From the NCBI RefSeq assembly GCF_013315695.1, contig NZ_CP054353.1: a stretch of DNA of 64,000 nucleotides; one strand, given 5' to 3'. Under the pieces are notes generated by a model. It ran no database searches and was not told where the DNA came from. It saw nothing but the letters and a program-made list of their open reading frames with translations. The translations under genes were made by a program, and so were the position numbers. The stretch is from Escherichia coli (GTDB lineage: Bacteria; Pseudomonadota; Gammaproteobacteria; Enterobacterales; Enterobacteriaceae). Below, one piece after another: positions 25,010 through 43,920 of the stretch. The first letter of the stretch is position 1, and each line of letters starts with the position of its first letter.

Positions 25010-25034
25010 GAGATACGGTTATTAGCCGTATCTC
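25010..25034. promoter_or_regulatory. inverted repeat gagatacgg-N7-ccgtatctc upstream of the antitoxin gene; candidate operator
   Basis: perfect 9-bp arms, about 105 bp upstream of the antitoxin ATG. Confidence 0.35.
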
Positions 25035-25046
25035 TGATCTCAGACA

Positions 25047-25076
25047 ATAAAAAAGGTGCCGTAGCACCTTTTTTAT
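25047..25076 (-). terminator. rho-independent terminator of the cyoABCDE operon
   Basis: stem aggtgc-cgta-gcacct flanked by A6 and T6, directly downstream of the cyoE stop. Confidence 0.7.
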
Positions 25077-25088
25077 AGAGAGGTTGTA

Positions 25089-25979
25089 TTACCACACAGC
25101 AGCCAGCAGCGTATGCGAGTTCGGCACCATAAAATCAACGGACATCATCACCGAGAGGGCAGTGATGGCGATGATAGAGAAGCCGAACAGCTTGCGCGCC
25201 CAGATTCGATCATCAGCAACTTTATAGCCGCGCAGAGCCATGCCTAACCACCAGACGCTCACCGCAGCGGCGACCACCAGATATTTATACCCAGCGTAGC
25301 CGCCAAGAGAGAGCATCAGCGTGGCAACGGCAAAGGCGATGATATACAGCGTGATGTGATTCTTCGCCACCGAAATGCCTTTCACCACCGGCAGTACCGG
25401 AATGTTTGCCGCCTGATAATCCTTAAAGCGGAAAATGGCGATGGCATAAGAATGAGGCATCTGCCACAGGCTGAAGATAGCCAGCAGGATCGCTGCGCCG
25501 CTATCGAACTCGCCGGTTACCGCACAGTAACCGATCACCGGAGGCGCAGCGCCGGAGAGCGAACCAATCAATGTGCCGTAGACAGAATGACGTTTCATGT
25601 ACAGGCTATAAACGCCGACATAAACCACAAAGCCCATCACCCCCAGCCAGCAGGCCAGCGGATTCGCGCCAAACCACAGCAGCATAAAGCCAGCAAAGCC
25701 TAGCAAGGTGGCGTACACCAGCGAGACAGCAGGAGAGATCAGGCCTTTAACCAGCACCCGATTCTTCGTCCTTTCCATCTTTCTGTCGATATCCCTGTCG
25801 ATGTAGTTGTTAAACACACAACCCGACGCCACAACCAGTGACACCCCAACCAGCGTGTAGATAAACAGGGGATAATCAATGCTGCCCTTTGAGGCCAGCA
25901 GGAATCCCCCAATCACCGAGATCAGGTTGCCAAAGATGATGCCTGGTTTCGTTACTTGCAGGTATTGCTTAAACATCAT
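25089..25979 (-). CDS. cyoE: heme O synthase (protoheme IX farnesyltransferase)
   Basis: 296-aa product starting [18 protein letters not shown]; track ORF extends 15 codons upstream. Confidence 0.93.
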   Translation of the reverse strand: MMFKQYLQVTKPGIIFGNLISVIGGFLLASKGSIDYPLFIYTLVGVSLVVASGCVFNNYIDRDIDRKMERTKNRVLVKGLISPAVSLVYATLLGFAGFMLLWFGANPLACWLGVMGFVVYVGVYSLYMKRHSVYGTLIGSLSGAAPPVIGYCAVTGEFDSGAAILLAIFSLWQMPHSYAIAIFRFKDYQAANIPVLPVVKGISVAKNHITLYIIAFAVATLMLSLGGYAGYKYLVVAAAVSVWWLGMALRGYKVADDRIWARKLFGFSIIAITALSVMMSVDFMVPNSHTLLAAVW

Positions 25980-25990
25980 AACCGCCGCTC

Positions 25991-28927
<2,937 letters not shown>

Positions 28928-28936
28928 TCAACCCCT

Positions 28937-29884
<948 letters not shown>

Positions 29885-30343
29885 TTAACGACCTCAATTC
29901 CACGGGATCTGGTGGCGTTTAAAGTGTGTGGGCATTTTACGGGAAGGTTACATTACTGTAAACATGATTAAATTCCTGTTACTTGGATTTGGCTTCCAGG
30001 TCACATATGTTGCAAAACATATCGGATTGATTTTAAGAAGCTGTTGCAAAAGGGCGTTATAACAAAAGGGGAGTGCAGAAGGAGTCTGGGCGGGCAATTG
30101 GTATAACCAATGCGAAATAAAACAATTATTTAACAAATAATTATCATTAAAGTGACAACTTGGTAGTGAGAAAATAAAGCTTCATTAGCTGAATCGTGTA
30201 AGAAAAATAGAATTCATAAATGGCGTCAATAATTTCCAAACGCTAAGCCGCACAAAAGAACAAATATTAATAAGCGATGCTGATGTTTATTTAGCCGTAA
30301 TAATTACGGCGAGTGATTACTACAGCTAAATAATATTTACAGA

Positions 30344-31819
30344 TTACGTCAGATGTGTTTTTCGTAGCGCCAGATAATCCAGTAAACCACCAAGCACGAC
30401 GCCAGAAAGGGCGACTAAAACCCCGACTTCCAGCAGAGCAGGCAGGAAAGAGAAGTGCGTCAAATCCAGCGCGTCCATCGTCAACAGCAGTAACCACACG
30501 GCCAACAGGCTGACGCCCGCCGCCAGTGTCCACATGGCAAAGGCATAACCTGCCGGATATTCGGTACGGGAGATAAAGTTGTCATTTACTCGTGTATATT
30601 CAAGCGTCTGGCGACAAATCAGCAGTAAAATAAGCCCTGGTACGGCAGCGGCGACGGAGAACAGATAGAATGTCGACCAGCCGTGTGCTTCAACAAACCA
30701 ACCCGCCACGGGGCCGACATAAACTCGCCCTACAGCAGAAAGCGCTGAGAGCAGGGCAAATTGAGTAGCGGAAAATGACTTATTACACAGCGTCATTAAC
30801 AGCGCGACAAAGGCTGATGTACCCATCCCGCCACAGAGGTTTTCGAAAAAGACGGCTGCACCCATGCTGTAGAGATGCTTATCAGTAATCGACAGCAGCC
30901 AGTAACCGGCGTTAGATGCACCTTGTAAAATGCCGAAAATCAGCAGTGCACGGAACAGCGACAGGCGCTGCATCAAAATCCCACCGTACAATGCGCCAAC
31001 AATGGTCGCCAGTAAGCCAAGCGTTTTGTTAACCACGCCTACTTCACCCGCATCAAACCCGACGCCGCGAATCAAAAACGTGGTTGTCAGGCTCATAGCG
31101 AATGCGTCGCCCAGCTTATACAGCACGATAAGAAGCAAAATAAGCCAGGCATTATTGCGACCAAAGAAATCGCGCAGAGGTGCAACAACCGCTTGTTCCA
31201 GCGTTTTGGGCACAGGAATGGTGTCGGTGGGTTCTGGTGCAAGCAACGTCGCGATAATACAGGGGATCAACAGCGCCGCCATCAACCAGTACATGCCCTG
31301 CCAGCCCAGCCATTTATCTGCCAGCCACAGGGCTAAGCCGCCGGAAACCAGCATCCCTAAACGGTAACCCAGCACGCTGATTGCCGCGCCCGCACCACGT
31401 TCTTCTGCCGGGAGCACATCGGTTTTCCACGCATCGAAGACAATATCCTGGGAGGCAGAGCAAAAAGCGATCACCACCGCCAGTGCCGCCATCCAGCGGA
31501 GCTGGGTGCCTGGTTCGAGAAAACCCATCGCCGCAATGGCGACTAATAACAGAATTTGCGTGGCGAGCAGCCAACCGCGCCGCCGCCCGAAAAATGGGGG
31601 CGTGTAGCGGTCCATCAGTGGTGACCAGAGGAATTTAAAAACGTAAGCCTGGCCTACCAGAGAGAAGAAACCAATGGTTTTGAGATCGATATTCTCGACC
31701 GTCATCCAGGCCTGTAAGGTGCCGGACGTCAGGGCGAGCGGTAGCCCGGAAGCAAAACCCAGAATCAGCAATATGGCTGAACGTGGCTGTTGAAAAATAC
31801 GTAAATATTGACTGGACAT
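30344..31819 (-). CDS. ampG: muropeptide permease AmpG (MFS)
   Basis: 491-aa ORF, AmpG sequence. Confidence 0.95.
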   Translation of the reverse strand: MSSQYLRIFQQPRSAILLILGFASGLPLALTSGTLQAWMTVENIDLKTIGFFSLVGQAYVFKFLWSPLMDRYTPPFFGRRRGWLLATQILLLVAIAAMGFLEPGTQLRWMAALAVVIAFCSASQDIVFDAWKTDVLPAEERGAGAAISVLGYRLGMLVSGGLALWLADKWLGWQGMYWLMAALLIPCIIATLLAPEPTDTIPVPKTLEQAVVAPLRDFFGRNNAWLILLLIVLYKLGDAFAMSLTTTFLIRGVGFDAGEVGVVNKTLGLLATIVGALYGGILMQRLSLFRALLIFGILQGASNAGYWLLSITDKHLYSMGAAVFFENLCGGMGTSAFVALLMTLCNKSFSATQFALLSALSAVGRVYVGPVAGWFVEAHGWSTFYLFSVAAAVPGLILLLICRQTLEYTRVNDNFISRTEYPAGYAFAMWTLAAGVSLLAVWLLLLTMDALDLTHFSFLPALLEVGVLVALSGVVLGGLLDYLALRKTHLT

Positions 31820-31862
31820 GGGCGTCTACAGGCCCGGCTTGCACCGGGCCAGAGGGCAGAAA

Positions 31863-32441
31863 TTAACGCGCGTTCTGCTTGATGAATTCGTGGATGCTGG
31901 TGTCCTGAGACATATCAGCGATGGTATCGGTCAGCACACTGTTAACCGCATCGGCGATATTTTTGTTGGAGGCCTGGAACGCACCTTCAACGTTGTAGCT
32001 GGCACGATAGTTCTTGGTCATTTTGTTGCCATTCTGCGCGGTAGCGATGATGGCGATATCCGCTTTGGTGGCGATGTTATAGCGCACGTTGCCCTGGGAC
32101 ACATCAGCATACAGTTGGCTAACGATGATTTGCAGATTAACCGGGCCATTCGGACCGACCATGTAACCACGCGCGGTCATCTGTTTTTCCAGCACTTCTT
32201 GCAGCAGGAAACGCAGATCGCGGGAGGCGGTCAGGGTAACGATTTGATTATCGCGGGTGACTTTTGCCAGCGCCTGATCGGTACGCTGATCGGCACCATT
32301 AATGCTTACGGTGACGCCCATCAGGCTTGGATCCTGCTGTGGCAGTGTAATCGTCGGGGAAACTTCAATAGTTGTTGGCGGTTTTGCGCATCCTGCAAGC
32401 ATAAACAGAGCAACTAACGGGAAGAGGATTTTTTTGAACAT
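31863..32441 (-). CDS. yajG: lipoprotein YajG
   Basis: 192-aa product starting MFKKILFPLVALFMLAGC (lipobox); ATG inside the longer track ORF. Confidence 0.92.
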   Translation of the reverse strand: MFKKILFPLVALFMLAGCAKPPTTIEVSPTITLPQQDPSLMGVTVSINGADQRTDQALAKVTRDNQIVTLTASRDLRFLLQEVLEKQMTARGYMVGPNGPVNLQIIVSQLYADVSQGNVRYNIATKADIAIIATAQNGNKMTKNYRASYNVEGAFQASNKNIADAVNSVLTDTIADMSQDTSIHEFIKQNAR

Positions 32442-32745
32442 GTTCGGGCTCTCAGAGACTCTTAAGCGTGTTTGGTAAAAATTCCCGCCATCATAACATT
32501 GCCAACGGCGAGGGGAAGTGGGTAAGGCATGTAAATTCATCATGTTGACGAAATAATCGCCCCTGGTAAAAGAAACGCTGATGCGAGGCCTGTGTTTCAA
32601 TCTTTAAATCAGTAAACTTCATACGCTTGACGGAAAAACCAGGACGAAACCTAAATATTTGTTGTTAAGCTGCAATGGAAACGGTAAAAGCGGCTAGTAT
32701 TTAAAGGGATGGATGACATCTCAGCGTTGTCGGAGGAGATATTTC

Positions 32746-33063
32746 ATGATGATACGTGAGCGGATAGAAGAAAAATTAAGGGCGGCGTTCCAACCCGTAT
32801 TCCTCGAAGTAGTGGATGAAAGCTATCGTCACAATGTCCCAGCCGGCTCTGAAAGCCATTTTAAAGTTGTGCTGGTCAGCGATCGTTTTACGGGTGAACG
32901 TTTTCTGAATCGTCATCGAATGATTTACAGTACTTTAGCGGAGGAACTCTCTACTACCGTTCATGCGCTGGCTCTGCATACTTACACTATTAAGGAGTGG
33001 GAAGGGTTGCAGGATACCGTCTTTGCCTCTCCTCCCTGTCGTGGAGCAGGAAGCATCGCGTAA
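32746..33063 (+). CDS. bolA: stress-induced morphogene regulator BolA
   Basis: 105-aa product starting [11 protein letters not shown]. Confidence 0.93.
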
Positions 33064-33397
33064 AAACGCATTTGCAACTGTCGGCGCTTTTCCAGTATGT
33101 TGCTAAAGATTTTATGAAAAACGGCCTGCGGGCCGTTTTGTTTTGTCTGGATTTTGCGCTTTTTGCCCAGCATTCAGACGAAAATTGCCCGGGAATTGTG
33201 AAAAAATACGCGACAGCGCGCAATAACCGTTCTCGACTCATAAAAGTGATGCCGCTATAATGCCGCGTCCTATTTGAATGCTTTCGGGATGATTCTGGTA
33301 ACAGGGAATGTGATTGATTATAAGAACATCCCGGTTCCGCGAAGCCAACAACCTGTGCTTGCGGGGTAAGAGTTGACCGAGCACTGTGATTTTTTGA

Positions 33398-34705
<1,308 letters not shown>

Positions 34706-34738
34706 TTTACGCAGCATAACGCGCTAAATTCGCACAAA

Positions 34739-34771
34739 GGCCCGTCACCGCCAGGTGGTGGGCTTTTTTTT
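34739..34771 (+). terminator. rho-independent terminator after tig
   Basis: GC-rich stem cccgtcacc / ggtggtggg followed by T9. Confidence 0.6.
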
Positions 34772-34840
34772 GTCATGAATTTTGCATGGAACCGTGCGAA
34801 AAGCCTCTTTCGGTGTTAGCGTAACAACAAAAGATTGTTA

Positions 34841-34872
34841 TGCTTGAAATATGGTGATGCCGTACCCATAAC
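34841..34872 (+). promoter_or_regulatory. candidate sigma-32 heat-shock promoter of clpP
   Basis: CTTGAAA at 34843-34849 and CCCATAA-like -10 at about 34865-34871, about 80 bp upstream of the clpP ATG. Confidence 0.5.
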
Positions 34873-34950
34873 ACAGGGACTAGCTGATAATCCGTCCATA
34901 AGGTTACAATCGGTACAGCAGGTTTTTTCAATTTTATCCAGGAGACGGAA

Positions 34951-35574
34951 ATGTCATACAGCGGCGAACGAGATAACTTTGCACCCCATATGGCGCTGGT
35001 GCCGATGGTCATTGAACAGACCTCACGTGGTGAGCGCTCTTTTGATATCTATTCTCGTCTACTTAAGGAACGCGTCATTTTTCTGACTGGCCAGGTTGAA
35101 GACCATATGGCTAACCTGATTGTGGCGCAGATGCTGTTCCTGGAAGCAGAAAACCCAGAAAAAGATATCTATCTGTACATTAACTCCCCAGGCGGGGTGA
35201 TCACTGCCGGGATGTCTATCTATGACACCATGCAGTTTATCAAGCCTGATGTCAGCACCATCTGTATGGGCCAGGCGGCTTCGATGGGCGCTTTCTTGCT
35301 GACTGCAGGGGCAAAAGGTAAACGTTTCTGCCTGCCGAATTCGCGCGTGATGATTCACCAGCCGTTGGGCGGCTACCAGGGCCAGGCGACCGATATCGAA
35401 ATTCATGCCCGTGAAATTCTGAAAGTTAAAGGGCGCATGAATGAACTTATGGCGCTTCATACGGGTCAATCATTAGAACAGATTGAACGTGATACCGAGC
35501 GCGATCGCTTCCTTTCCGCCCCTGAAGCGGTGGAATACGGTCTGGTCGATTCGATTCTGACCCATCGTAATTGA
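34951..35574 (+). CDS. clpP: ATP-dependent Clp protease proteolytic subunit
   Basis: 207-aa ORF, ClpP sequence including the active-site region [11 protein letters not shown]. Confidence 0.97.
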   Translation: MSYSGERDNFAPHMALVPMVIEQTSRGERSFDIYSRLLKERVIFLTGQVEDHMANLIVAQMLFLEAENPEKDIYLYINSPGGVITAGMSIYDTMQFIKPDVSTICMGQAASMGAFLLTAGAKGKRFCLPNSRVMIHQPLGGYQGQATDIEIHAREILKVKGRMNELMALHTGQSLEQIERDTERDRFLSAPEAVEYGLVDSILTHRN

Positions 35575-35699
35575 TGCCAGAGGCGCAACTGTGCCGCTAT
35601 ACTTATCCAGGGCGGCACAACGCTGTAAGCGGCTTGCGCCTGAGAATGGCATTTGCGTCGTCGTGTGCGGCACAAAGAACAAAGAAGAGGTTTTGACCC

Positions 35700-36974
35700 A
35701 TGACAGATAAACGCAAAGATGGCTCAGGCAAATTGCTGTATTGCTCTTTTTGCGGCAAAAGCCAGCATGAAGTGCGCAAGCTGATTGCCGGTCCATCCGT
35801 GTATATCTGCGACGAATGTGTTGATTTATGTAACGACATCATTCGCGAAGAGATTAAAGAAGTTGCACCGCATCGTGAACGCAGTGCGCTACCGACGCCG
35901 CATGAAATTCGTAACCACCTGGACGATTACGTTATCGGCCAGGAACAGGCGAAAAAAGTGCTGGCGGTCGCGGTATACAACCATTACAAACGTCTGCGCA
36001 ACGGCGATACCAGCAATGGTGTCGAGTTGGGCAAAAGTAACATTCTGCTGATCGGTCCGACCGGTTCCGGTAAAACGCTGCTGGCTGAAACGCTGGCGCG
36101 CCTGCTGGACGTCCCGTTCACCATGGCCGACGCAACCACGCTGACCGAAGCCGGTTATGTGGGCGAAGACGTTGAAAACATCATTCAGAAGCTGTTGCAA
36201 AAGTGCGATTACGACGTACAGAAAGCGCAGCGCGGGATTGTCTACATCGATGAAATCGACAAGATTTCTCGTAAGTCAGACAACCCGTCCATTACCCGAG
36301 ACGTTTCCGGTGAAGGCGTACAGCAGGCACTGCTGAAACTGATTGAAGGTACGGTTGCCGCCGTTCCACCGCAGGGCGGGCGTAAACACCCGCAGCAAGA
36401 GTTCTTGCAGGTAGATACCTCTAAGATCCTGTTTATTTGTGGTGGTGCGTTCGCTGGTCTGGATAAAGTGATTTCCCATCGTGTAGAAACCGGTTCCGGC
36501 ATTGGTTTTGGCGCGACGGTAAAAGCGAAGTCCGACAAAGCAAGCGAAGGTGAACTGCTGGCGCAGGTTGAACCGGAAGATCTGATCAAGTTTGGTCTGA
36601 TCCCTGAGTTCATTGGTCGTCTGCCGGTTGTCGCAACGTTGAATGAACTGAGCGAAGAAGCTCTGATTCAGATCCTCAAAGAGCCGAAAAACGCCCTGAC
36701 CAAGCAGTATCAGGCGCTGTTTAATCTGGAAGGCGTGGATCTGGAATTCCGTGACGAGGCGCTGGATGCTATCGCTAAGAAAGCGATGGCGCGTAAAACC
36801 GGTGCCCGTGGCCTGCGTTCCATCGTAGAAGCCGCACTGCTCGATACCATGTACGATCTGCCGTCCATGGAAGACGTCGAAAAAGTGGTTATCGACGAAT
36901 CGGTAATTGATGGTCAAAGCAAGCCGTTGCTGATTTATGGCAAGCCGGAAGCGCAACAGGCATCTGGTGAATAA
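35700..36974 (+). CDS. clpX: ATP-dependent Clp protease ATP-binding subunit ClpX
   Basis: 424-aa ORF, N-terminal zinc-binding domain (CSFCGK...CDEC), Walker A GPTGSGKT. Confidence 0.97.
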
Positions 36975-37005
36975 TTAACCATTCCCATACAATTAGTTAA
37001 CCAAA

Positions 37006-37040
37006 AAGGGGGGATTTTATCTCCCCTTTAATTTTTCCTC
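37006..37040 (+). terminator. candidate terminator after clpX
   Basis: gggggga / tctcccc stem followed by T-rich tract. Confidence 0.45.
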
Positions 37041-37049
37041 TATTCTCGG

Positions 37050-37080
37050 CGTTGAATGTGGGGGAAACATCCCCATATAC
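37050..37080 (+). promoter_or_regulatory. sigma-32 heat-shock promoter of lon
   Basis: TTGAAT at 37052-37057, 13-nt spacer, CCCCATAT at 37071-37078; matches the sigma-32 consensus. Confidence 0.65.
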
Positions 37081-37161
37081 TGACGTACATGTTAATAGAT
37101 GGCGTGAAGCACAGTCGTGTCATCTGATTACCTGGCGGAAATTAAACTAAGAGAGAGCTCT

Positions 37162-39516
37162 ATGAATCCTGAGCGTTCTGAACGCATTGAAATCCCCGTA
37201 TTGCCGCTGCGCGATGTGGTGGTTTATCCGCACATGGTCATCCCCTTATTTGTCGGGCGGGAAAAATCTATCCGTTGTCTGGAAGCGGCGATGGACCATG
37301 ATAAAAAAATTATGCTGGTCGCGCAGAAAGAAGCTTCAACGGATGAGCCGGGTGTAAACGATCTTTTCACCGTCGGGACCGTGGCCTCTATATTGCAGAT
37401 GCTGAAACTGCCTGACGGCACCGTCAAAGTGCTGGTCGAGGGGTTACAGCGCGCGCGTATTTCTGCGCTCTCTGACAATGGCGAACACTTTTCTGCGAAG
37501 GCGGAGTATCTGGAGTCGCCGACCATTGATGAGCGGGAACAGGAAGTGCTGGTGCGTACTGCAATCAGCCAGTTCGAAGGCTACATCAAGCTGAACAAAA
37601 AAATTCCACCAGAAGTGCTGACGTCGCTGAATAGCATCGACGATCCGGCGCGTCTGGCGGATACCATTGCTGCACATATGCCGCTGAAACTGGCTGACAA
37701 ACAGTCCGTTCTGGAGATGTCCGACGTTAACGAACGTCTGGAATATCTGATGGCAATGATGGAATCGGAAATCGATCTGCTGCAGGTTGAGAAACGCATT
37801 CGCAACCGTGTTAAAAAGCAGATGGAGAAATCCCAGCGTGAGTACTATCTGAACGAGCAAATGAAAGCTATTCAGAAAGAACTCGGTGAAATGGACGACG
37901 CGCCGGACGAAAACGAAGCCCTGAAGCGCAAAATCGACGCGGCGAAAATGCCGAAAGAGGCAAAAGAGAAAGCGGAAGCAGAGTTGCAGAAGCTGAAAAT
38001 GATGTCTCCGATGTCGGCAGAAGCGACCGTAGTGCGTGGTTATATCGACTGGATGGTACAGGTACCGTGGAATGCGCGTAGCAAGGTCAAAAAAGACCTG
38101 CGTCAGGCGCAGGAAATCCTTGATACCGACCATTATGGTCTGGAGCGCGTGAAAGATCGCATCCTTGAGTATCTTGCGGTTCAAAGCCGTGTCAACAAAA
38201 TCAAGGGACCGATCCTCTGCCTGGTAGGGCCACCGGGGGTAGGTAAAACGTCCCTGGGGCAGTCCATCGCCAAAGCCACCGGGCGTAAATATGTCCGTAT
38301 GGCGCTGGGCGGCGTGCGTGATGAAGCGGAAATCCGTGGTCACCGCCGTACTTACATCGGTTCTATGCCGGGTAAACTGATCCAGAAAATGGCGAAAGTG
38401 GGCGTGAAAAACCCGCTGTTCCTGCTCGATGAGATCGACAAAATGTCTTCTGACATGCGAGGCGATCCGGCTTCCGCACTGCTTGAAGTGCTGGATCCAG
38501 AGCAGAACGTAGCGTTCAGCGACCACTACCTGGAAGTGGATTACGACCTTAGCGACGTGATGTTTGTCGCGACGTCGAACTCCATGAACATTCCGGCACC
38601 GCTGCTGGATCGTATGGAAGTGATTCGCCTCTCCGGTTATACCGAAGATGAAAAACTGAACATCGCCAAACGTCACCTGCTGCCGAAGCAGATTGAACGT
38701 AATGCACTGAAAAAAGGTGAGCTGACCGTCGACGATAGCGCCATTATCGGCATTATTCGTTACTACACCCGTGAGGCGGGCGTGCGTGGTCTGGAGCGTG
38801 AAATCTCCAAACTGTGTCGCAAAGCGGTTAAGCAGTTACTGCTCGATAAGTCATTAAAACATATCGAAATTAACGGCGATAACCTGCATGACTATCTCGG
38901 TGTTCAGCGTTTCGACTATGGTCGCGCGGATAACGAAAACCGTGTCGGTCAGGTAACTGGTCTGGCGTGGACGGAAGTGGGCGGTGACTTGCTGACCATT
39001 GAAACCGCGTGCGTTCCGGGTAAAGGCAAACTGACCTATACCGGATCGCTTGGCGAAGTGATGCAGGAGTCCATTCAGGCGGCGTTAACGGTGGTTCGTG
39101 CGCGTGCGGAAAAACTGGGGATCAACCCTGATTTTTATGAAAAACGCGACATCCACGTCCACGTACCGGAAGGTGCGACGCCGAAAGATGGTCCGAGTGC
39201 CGGTATTGCTATGTGCACCGCGCTGGTTTCTTGCCTGACCGGTAACCCGGTTCGTGCTGATGTGGCAATGACCGGTGAGATCACTCTGCGTGGTCAGGTA
39301 CTGCCTATCGGTGGTTTGAAAGAAAAACTACTGGCAGCGCATCGCGGCGGGATTAAAACAGTGTTAATTCCGTTCGAAAATAAACGCGATCTGGAAGAGA
39401 TTCCTGACAACGTAATTGCCGATCTGGATATTCATCCTGTGAAACGCATTGAGGAAGTTCTGACTCTGGCGCTGCAAAATGAACCGTCTGGCATGCAGGT
39501 TGTGACTGCAAAATAG
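37162..39516 (+). CDS. lon: ATP-dependent protease Lon
   Basis: 784-aa product starting [18 protein letters not shown]; Walker [10 protein letters not shown]; catalytic-serine region PKDGPSAG. Confidence 0.97.
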   Translation: MNPERSERIEIPVLPLRDVVVYPHMVIPLFVGREKSIRCLEAAMDHDKKIMLVAQKEASTDEPGVNDLFTVGTVASILQMLKLPDGTVKVLVEGLQRARISALSDNGEHFSAKAEYLESPTIDEREQEVLVRTAISQFEGYIKLNKKIPPEVLTSLNSIDDPARLADTIAAHMPLKLADKQSVLEMSDVNERLEYLMAMMESEIDLLQVEKRIRNRVKKQMEKSQREYYLNEQMKAIQKELGEMDDAPDENEALKRKIDAAKMPKEAKEKAEAELQKLKMMSPMSAEATVVRGYIDWMVQVPWNARSKVKKDLRQAQEILDTDHYGLERVKDRILEYLAVQSRVNKIKGPILCLVGPPGVGKTSLGQSIAKATGRKYVRMALGGVRDEAEIRGHRRTYIGSMPGKLIQKMAKVGVKNPLFLLDEIDKMSSDMRGDPASALLEVLDPEQNVAFSDHYLEVDYDLSDVMFVATSNSMNIPAPLLDRMEVIRLSGYTEDEKLNIAKRHLLPKQIERNALKKGELTVDDSAIIGIIRYYTREAGVRGLEREISKLCRKAVKQLLLDKSLKHIEINGDNLHDYLGVQRFDYGRADNENRVGQVTGLAWTEVGGDLLTIETACVPGKGKLTYTGSLGEVMQESIQAALTVVRARAEKLGINPDFYEKRDIHVHVPEGATPKDGPSAGIAMCTALVSCLTGNPVRADVAMTGEITLRGQVLPIGGLKEKLLAAHRGGIKTVLIPFENKRDLEEIPDNVIADLDIHPVKRIEEVLTLALQNEPSGMQVVTAK

Positions 39517-39548
39517 TGACCTCGCGCAAAATGCACTAATAAAAACAG

Positions 39549-39586
39549 GGCTGGCAGGCTAATTCGGACTTGCCAGCCTTTTTTTG
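39549..39586 (+). terminator. rho-independent terminator after lon
   Basis: stem ggctggcagg / cttgccagcc followed by T7. Confidence 0.7.
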
Positions 39587-39724
39587 TCTCGCTAAGTTAG
39601 ATGGCGGATTGGGCTTGCCCTTATTAAGGGGTGTTGTAAGGGGATGGCTGGCCTGATATAACTGCTGCGCGTTCGTACCTTGAAGGATTCAAGTGCGATA
39701 TAAATTATAAAGAGGAAGAGAAGA

Positions 39725-39997
39725 GTGAATAAATCTCAATTGATCGACAAGATTGCTGCAGGGGCTGATATCTCTAAAGCTGCGGCTGGCCGTGCGTTAG
39801 ATGCTATTATTGCTTCCGTAACTGAATCTCTGAAAGAAGGGGATGATGTAGCACTGGTAGGTTTTGGTACTTTTGCCGTTAAAGAGCGTGCTGCCCGTAC
39901 TGGCCGCAACCCGCAGACCGGTAAAGAGATCACCATTGCTGCCGCTAAAGTACCGAGCTTCCGTGCAGGTAAAGCACTGAAAGACGCGGTAAACTAA
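39725..39997 (+). CDS. hupB: DNA-binding protein HU-beta
   Basis: 90-aa ORF, HU sequence. Confidence 0.97.
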
Positions 39998-40031
39998 GCG
40001 TTGTCCCCAGTGGGGATGTGACGAAGTTCAA

Positions 40032-40058
40032 GGGCGCATCTACTGATGTGCCTTTTTT
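40032..40058 (+). terminator. rho-independent terminator after hupB
   Basis: stem ggcgcatc / gatgtgcc, 4-nt loop, followed by T6. Confidence 0.6.
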
Positions 40059-40188
40059 ATTTGTATTCGGTGACTTTCTGCGTCTTGTGGGCTGACAATT
40101 GCCCCCGTTTCTTGTCACAATAGGCCTTTGCGCGCATCGATACGTTGCGTGAGGTACACAGTCATCTACAGCGGAGTGTTGTTACACC

Positions 40189-42640
<2,452 letters not shown>

Positions 42641-42693
42641 TGACCTCTGTACTTATAACAGTTTTTATAAAAACAACGTAAGGTTATTGCGCT

Positions 42694-43110
42694 ATGCAAA
42701 CACAAATCAAAGTTCGTGGATATCATCTCGACGTTTACCAGCACGTAAACAACGCCCGCTACCTTGAATTTCTCGAAGAAGCCCGCTGGGATGGGTTGGA
42801 AAATAGCGACAGTTTTCACTGGATGACGGCCCATAACATCGCTTTCGTGGTGGTGAATATCAATATTAACTATCGTCGCCCGGCGGTATTAAGCGACTTG
42901 TTAACCATTACGAGCCAGTTACAGCAATTAAACGGTAAAAGCGGCATCTTAAGCCAGGTCATTACACTGGAGCCGGAAGGGCAGGTAGTAGCGGATGCGC
43001 TTATTACGTTTGTTTGTATTGATCTTAAAACGCAGAAAGCATTAGCTCTGGAAGGAGAATTGCGCGAAAAGCTGGAGCAGATGGTTAAGGTGATGCTGCC
43101 AACTTACTGA
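42694..43110 (+). CDS. fadM: long-chain acyl-CoA thioesterase FadM with 6-codon C-terminal extension read into IS1
   Basis: 138-aa ORF; first 132 aa end ...LEQMVK; final VMLPTY* is encoded by the IS1 left end. Confidence 0.88.
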   Translation: MQTQIKVRGYHLDVYQHVNNARYLEFLEEARWDGLENSDSFHWMTAHNIAFVVVNININYRRPAVLSDLLTITSQLQQLNGKSGILSQVITLEPEGQVVADALITFVCIDLKTQKALALEGELREKLEQMVKVMLPTY

Positions 43111-43143
43111 TTTAGTGTATGATGGTGTTTTTGAGGTGCTCCA

Positions 43144-43419
43144 GTGGCTTCTGTTTCTATCAGCTGTCCCTCCTGTTCAGCTACTGACGGGGTGGTGCGT
43201 AACGGCAAAAGCACCGCCGGACATCAGCGCTATCTCTGCTCTCACTGCCGTAAAACATGGCAACTGCAGTTCACTTACACCGCTTCTCAACCCGGTACGC
43301 ACCAGAAAATCATTGATATGGCCATGAATGGCGTTGGATGCCGGGCAACAGCCCGCATTATGGGCGTTGGCCTCAACACGATTTTACGTCACTTAAAAAA
43401 CTCAGGCCGCAGTCGGTAA
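43144..43419 (+). CDS. insA: IS1 InsA (transposition repressor / N-terminal part of the transposase)
   Basis: 91-aa product [40 protein letters not shown]... Confidence 0.95.
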
Positions 43420-43841
43420 CCTCGCGCATACAGCCGGGCAGTGACGTCATCGTCTGCGCGGAAATGGACGAACAGTGGGGCTATGTCGGGGCTAAATCGC
43501 GCCAGCGCTGGCTGTTTTACGCGTATGACAGGCTCCGGAAGACGGTTGTTGCGCACGTATTCGGTGAACGCACTATGGCGACGCTGGGGCGTCTTATGAG
43601 CCTGCTGTCACCCTTTGACGTGGTGATATGGATGACGGATGGCTGGCCGCTGTATGAATCCCGCCTGAAGGGAAAGCTGCACGTAATCAGCAAGCGATAT
43701 ACGCAGCGAATTGAGCGGCATAACCTGAATCTGAGGCAGCACCTGGCACGGCTGGGACGGAAGTCGCTGTCGTTCTCAAAATCGGTGGAGCTGCATGACA
43801 AAGTCATCGGGCATTATCTGAACATAAAACACTATCAATAA
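43338..43841 (+). CDS. insB: IS1 insB reading frame, expressed as InsAB' transposase by -1 frameshifting
   Basis: 167-aa frame carrying the InsB sequence; lies in the -1 frame relative to insA. Confidence 0.85.
43393..43401 (+). promoter_or_regulatory. IS1 programmed -1 ribosomal frameshift site (A6C slippery motif)
   Basis: ttaaaaaac within the insA/insB overlap. Confidence 0.8.
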
Positions 43842-43876
43842 GTTGGAGTCATTACCGATGGTTAAGTAAACGTTTT

Positions 43877-43906
43877 GTGGTGCCGGATGCTCAAGCCGCA
43901 TCCGGC
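43877..43906. terminator. REP-like hairpin between fadM/IS1 and convergent queC
   Basis: perfect inverted repeat gccggatgc / gcatccggc with 6-nt loop. Confidence 0.5.
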
Positions 43907-43920
43907 GACACCCGGAATAA

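Larger units (their letters stand above)
43089..43856 (+). mobile_element. IS1 insertion sequence, complete 768 bp, flanked by 9-bp target-site duplication gatggttaa (43080-43088 and 43857-43865)
   Basis: left inverted repeat ggtgatgctgccaacttactgat at 43089-43111, right inverted repeat ending ...aagttggagtcattacc at 43856; insA and insB ORFs; exact 9-bp direct repeat. Confidence 0.95.

Noticed and set aside
29885-30343. Small ORFs (29948..30136, 30291..30533) in the cyoA-ampG intergenic region
   Set aside because: AT-rich regulatory region upstream of cyoA; ORFs are short, lack ribosome-binding sites, and one overlaps the ampG 3' end.
36276-36956. 226-aa ORF on the minus strand
   Set aside because: Antisense to clpX.
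37444-38676. 410-aa ORF on the minus strand
   Set aside because: Antisense to lon; no recognisable domain; lon is clearly the real gene.
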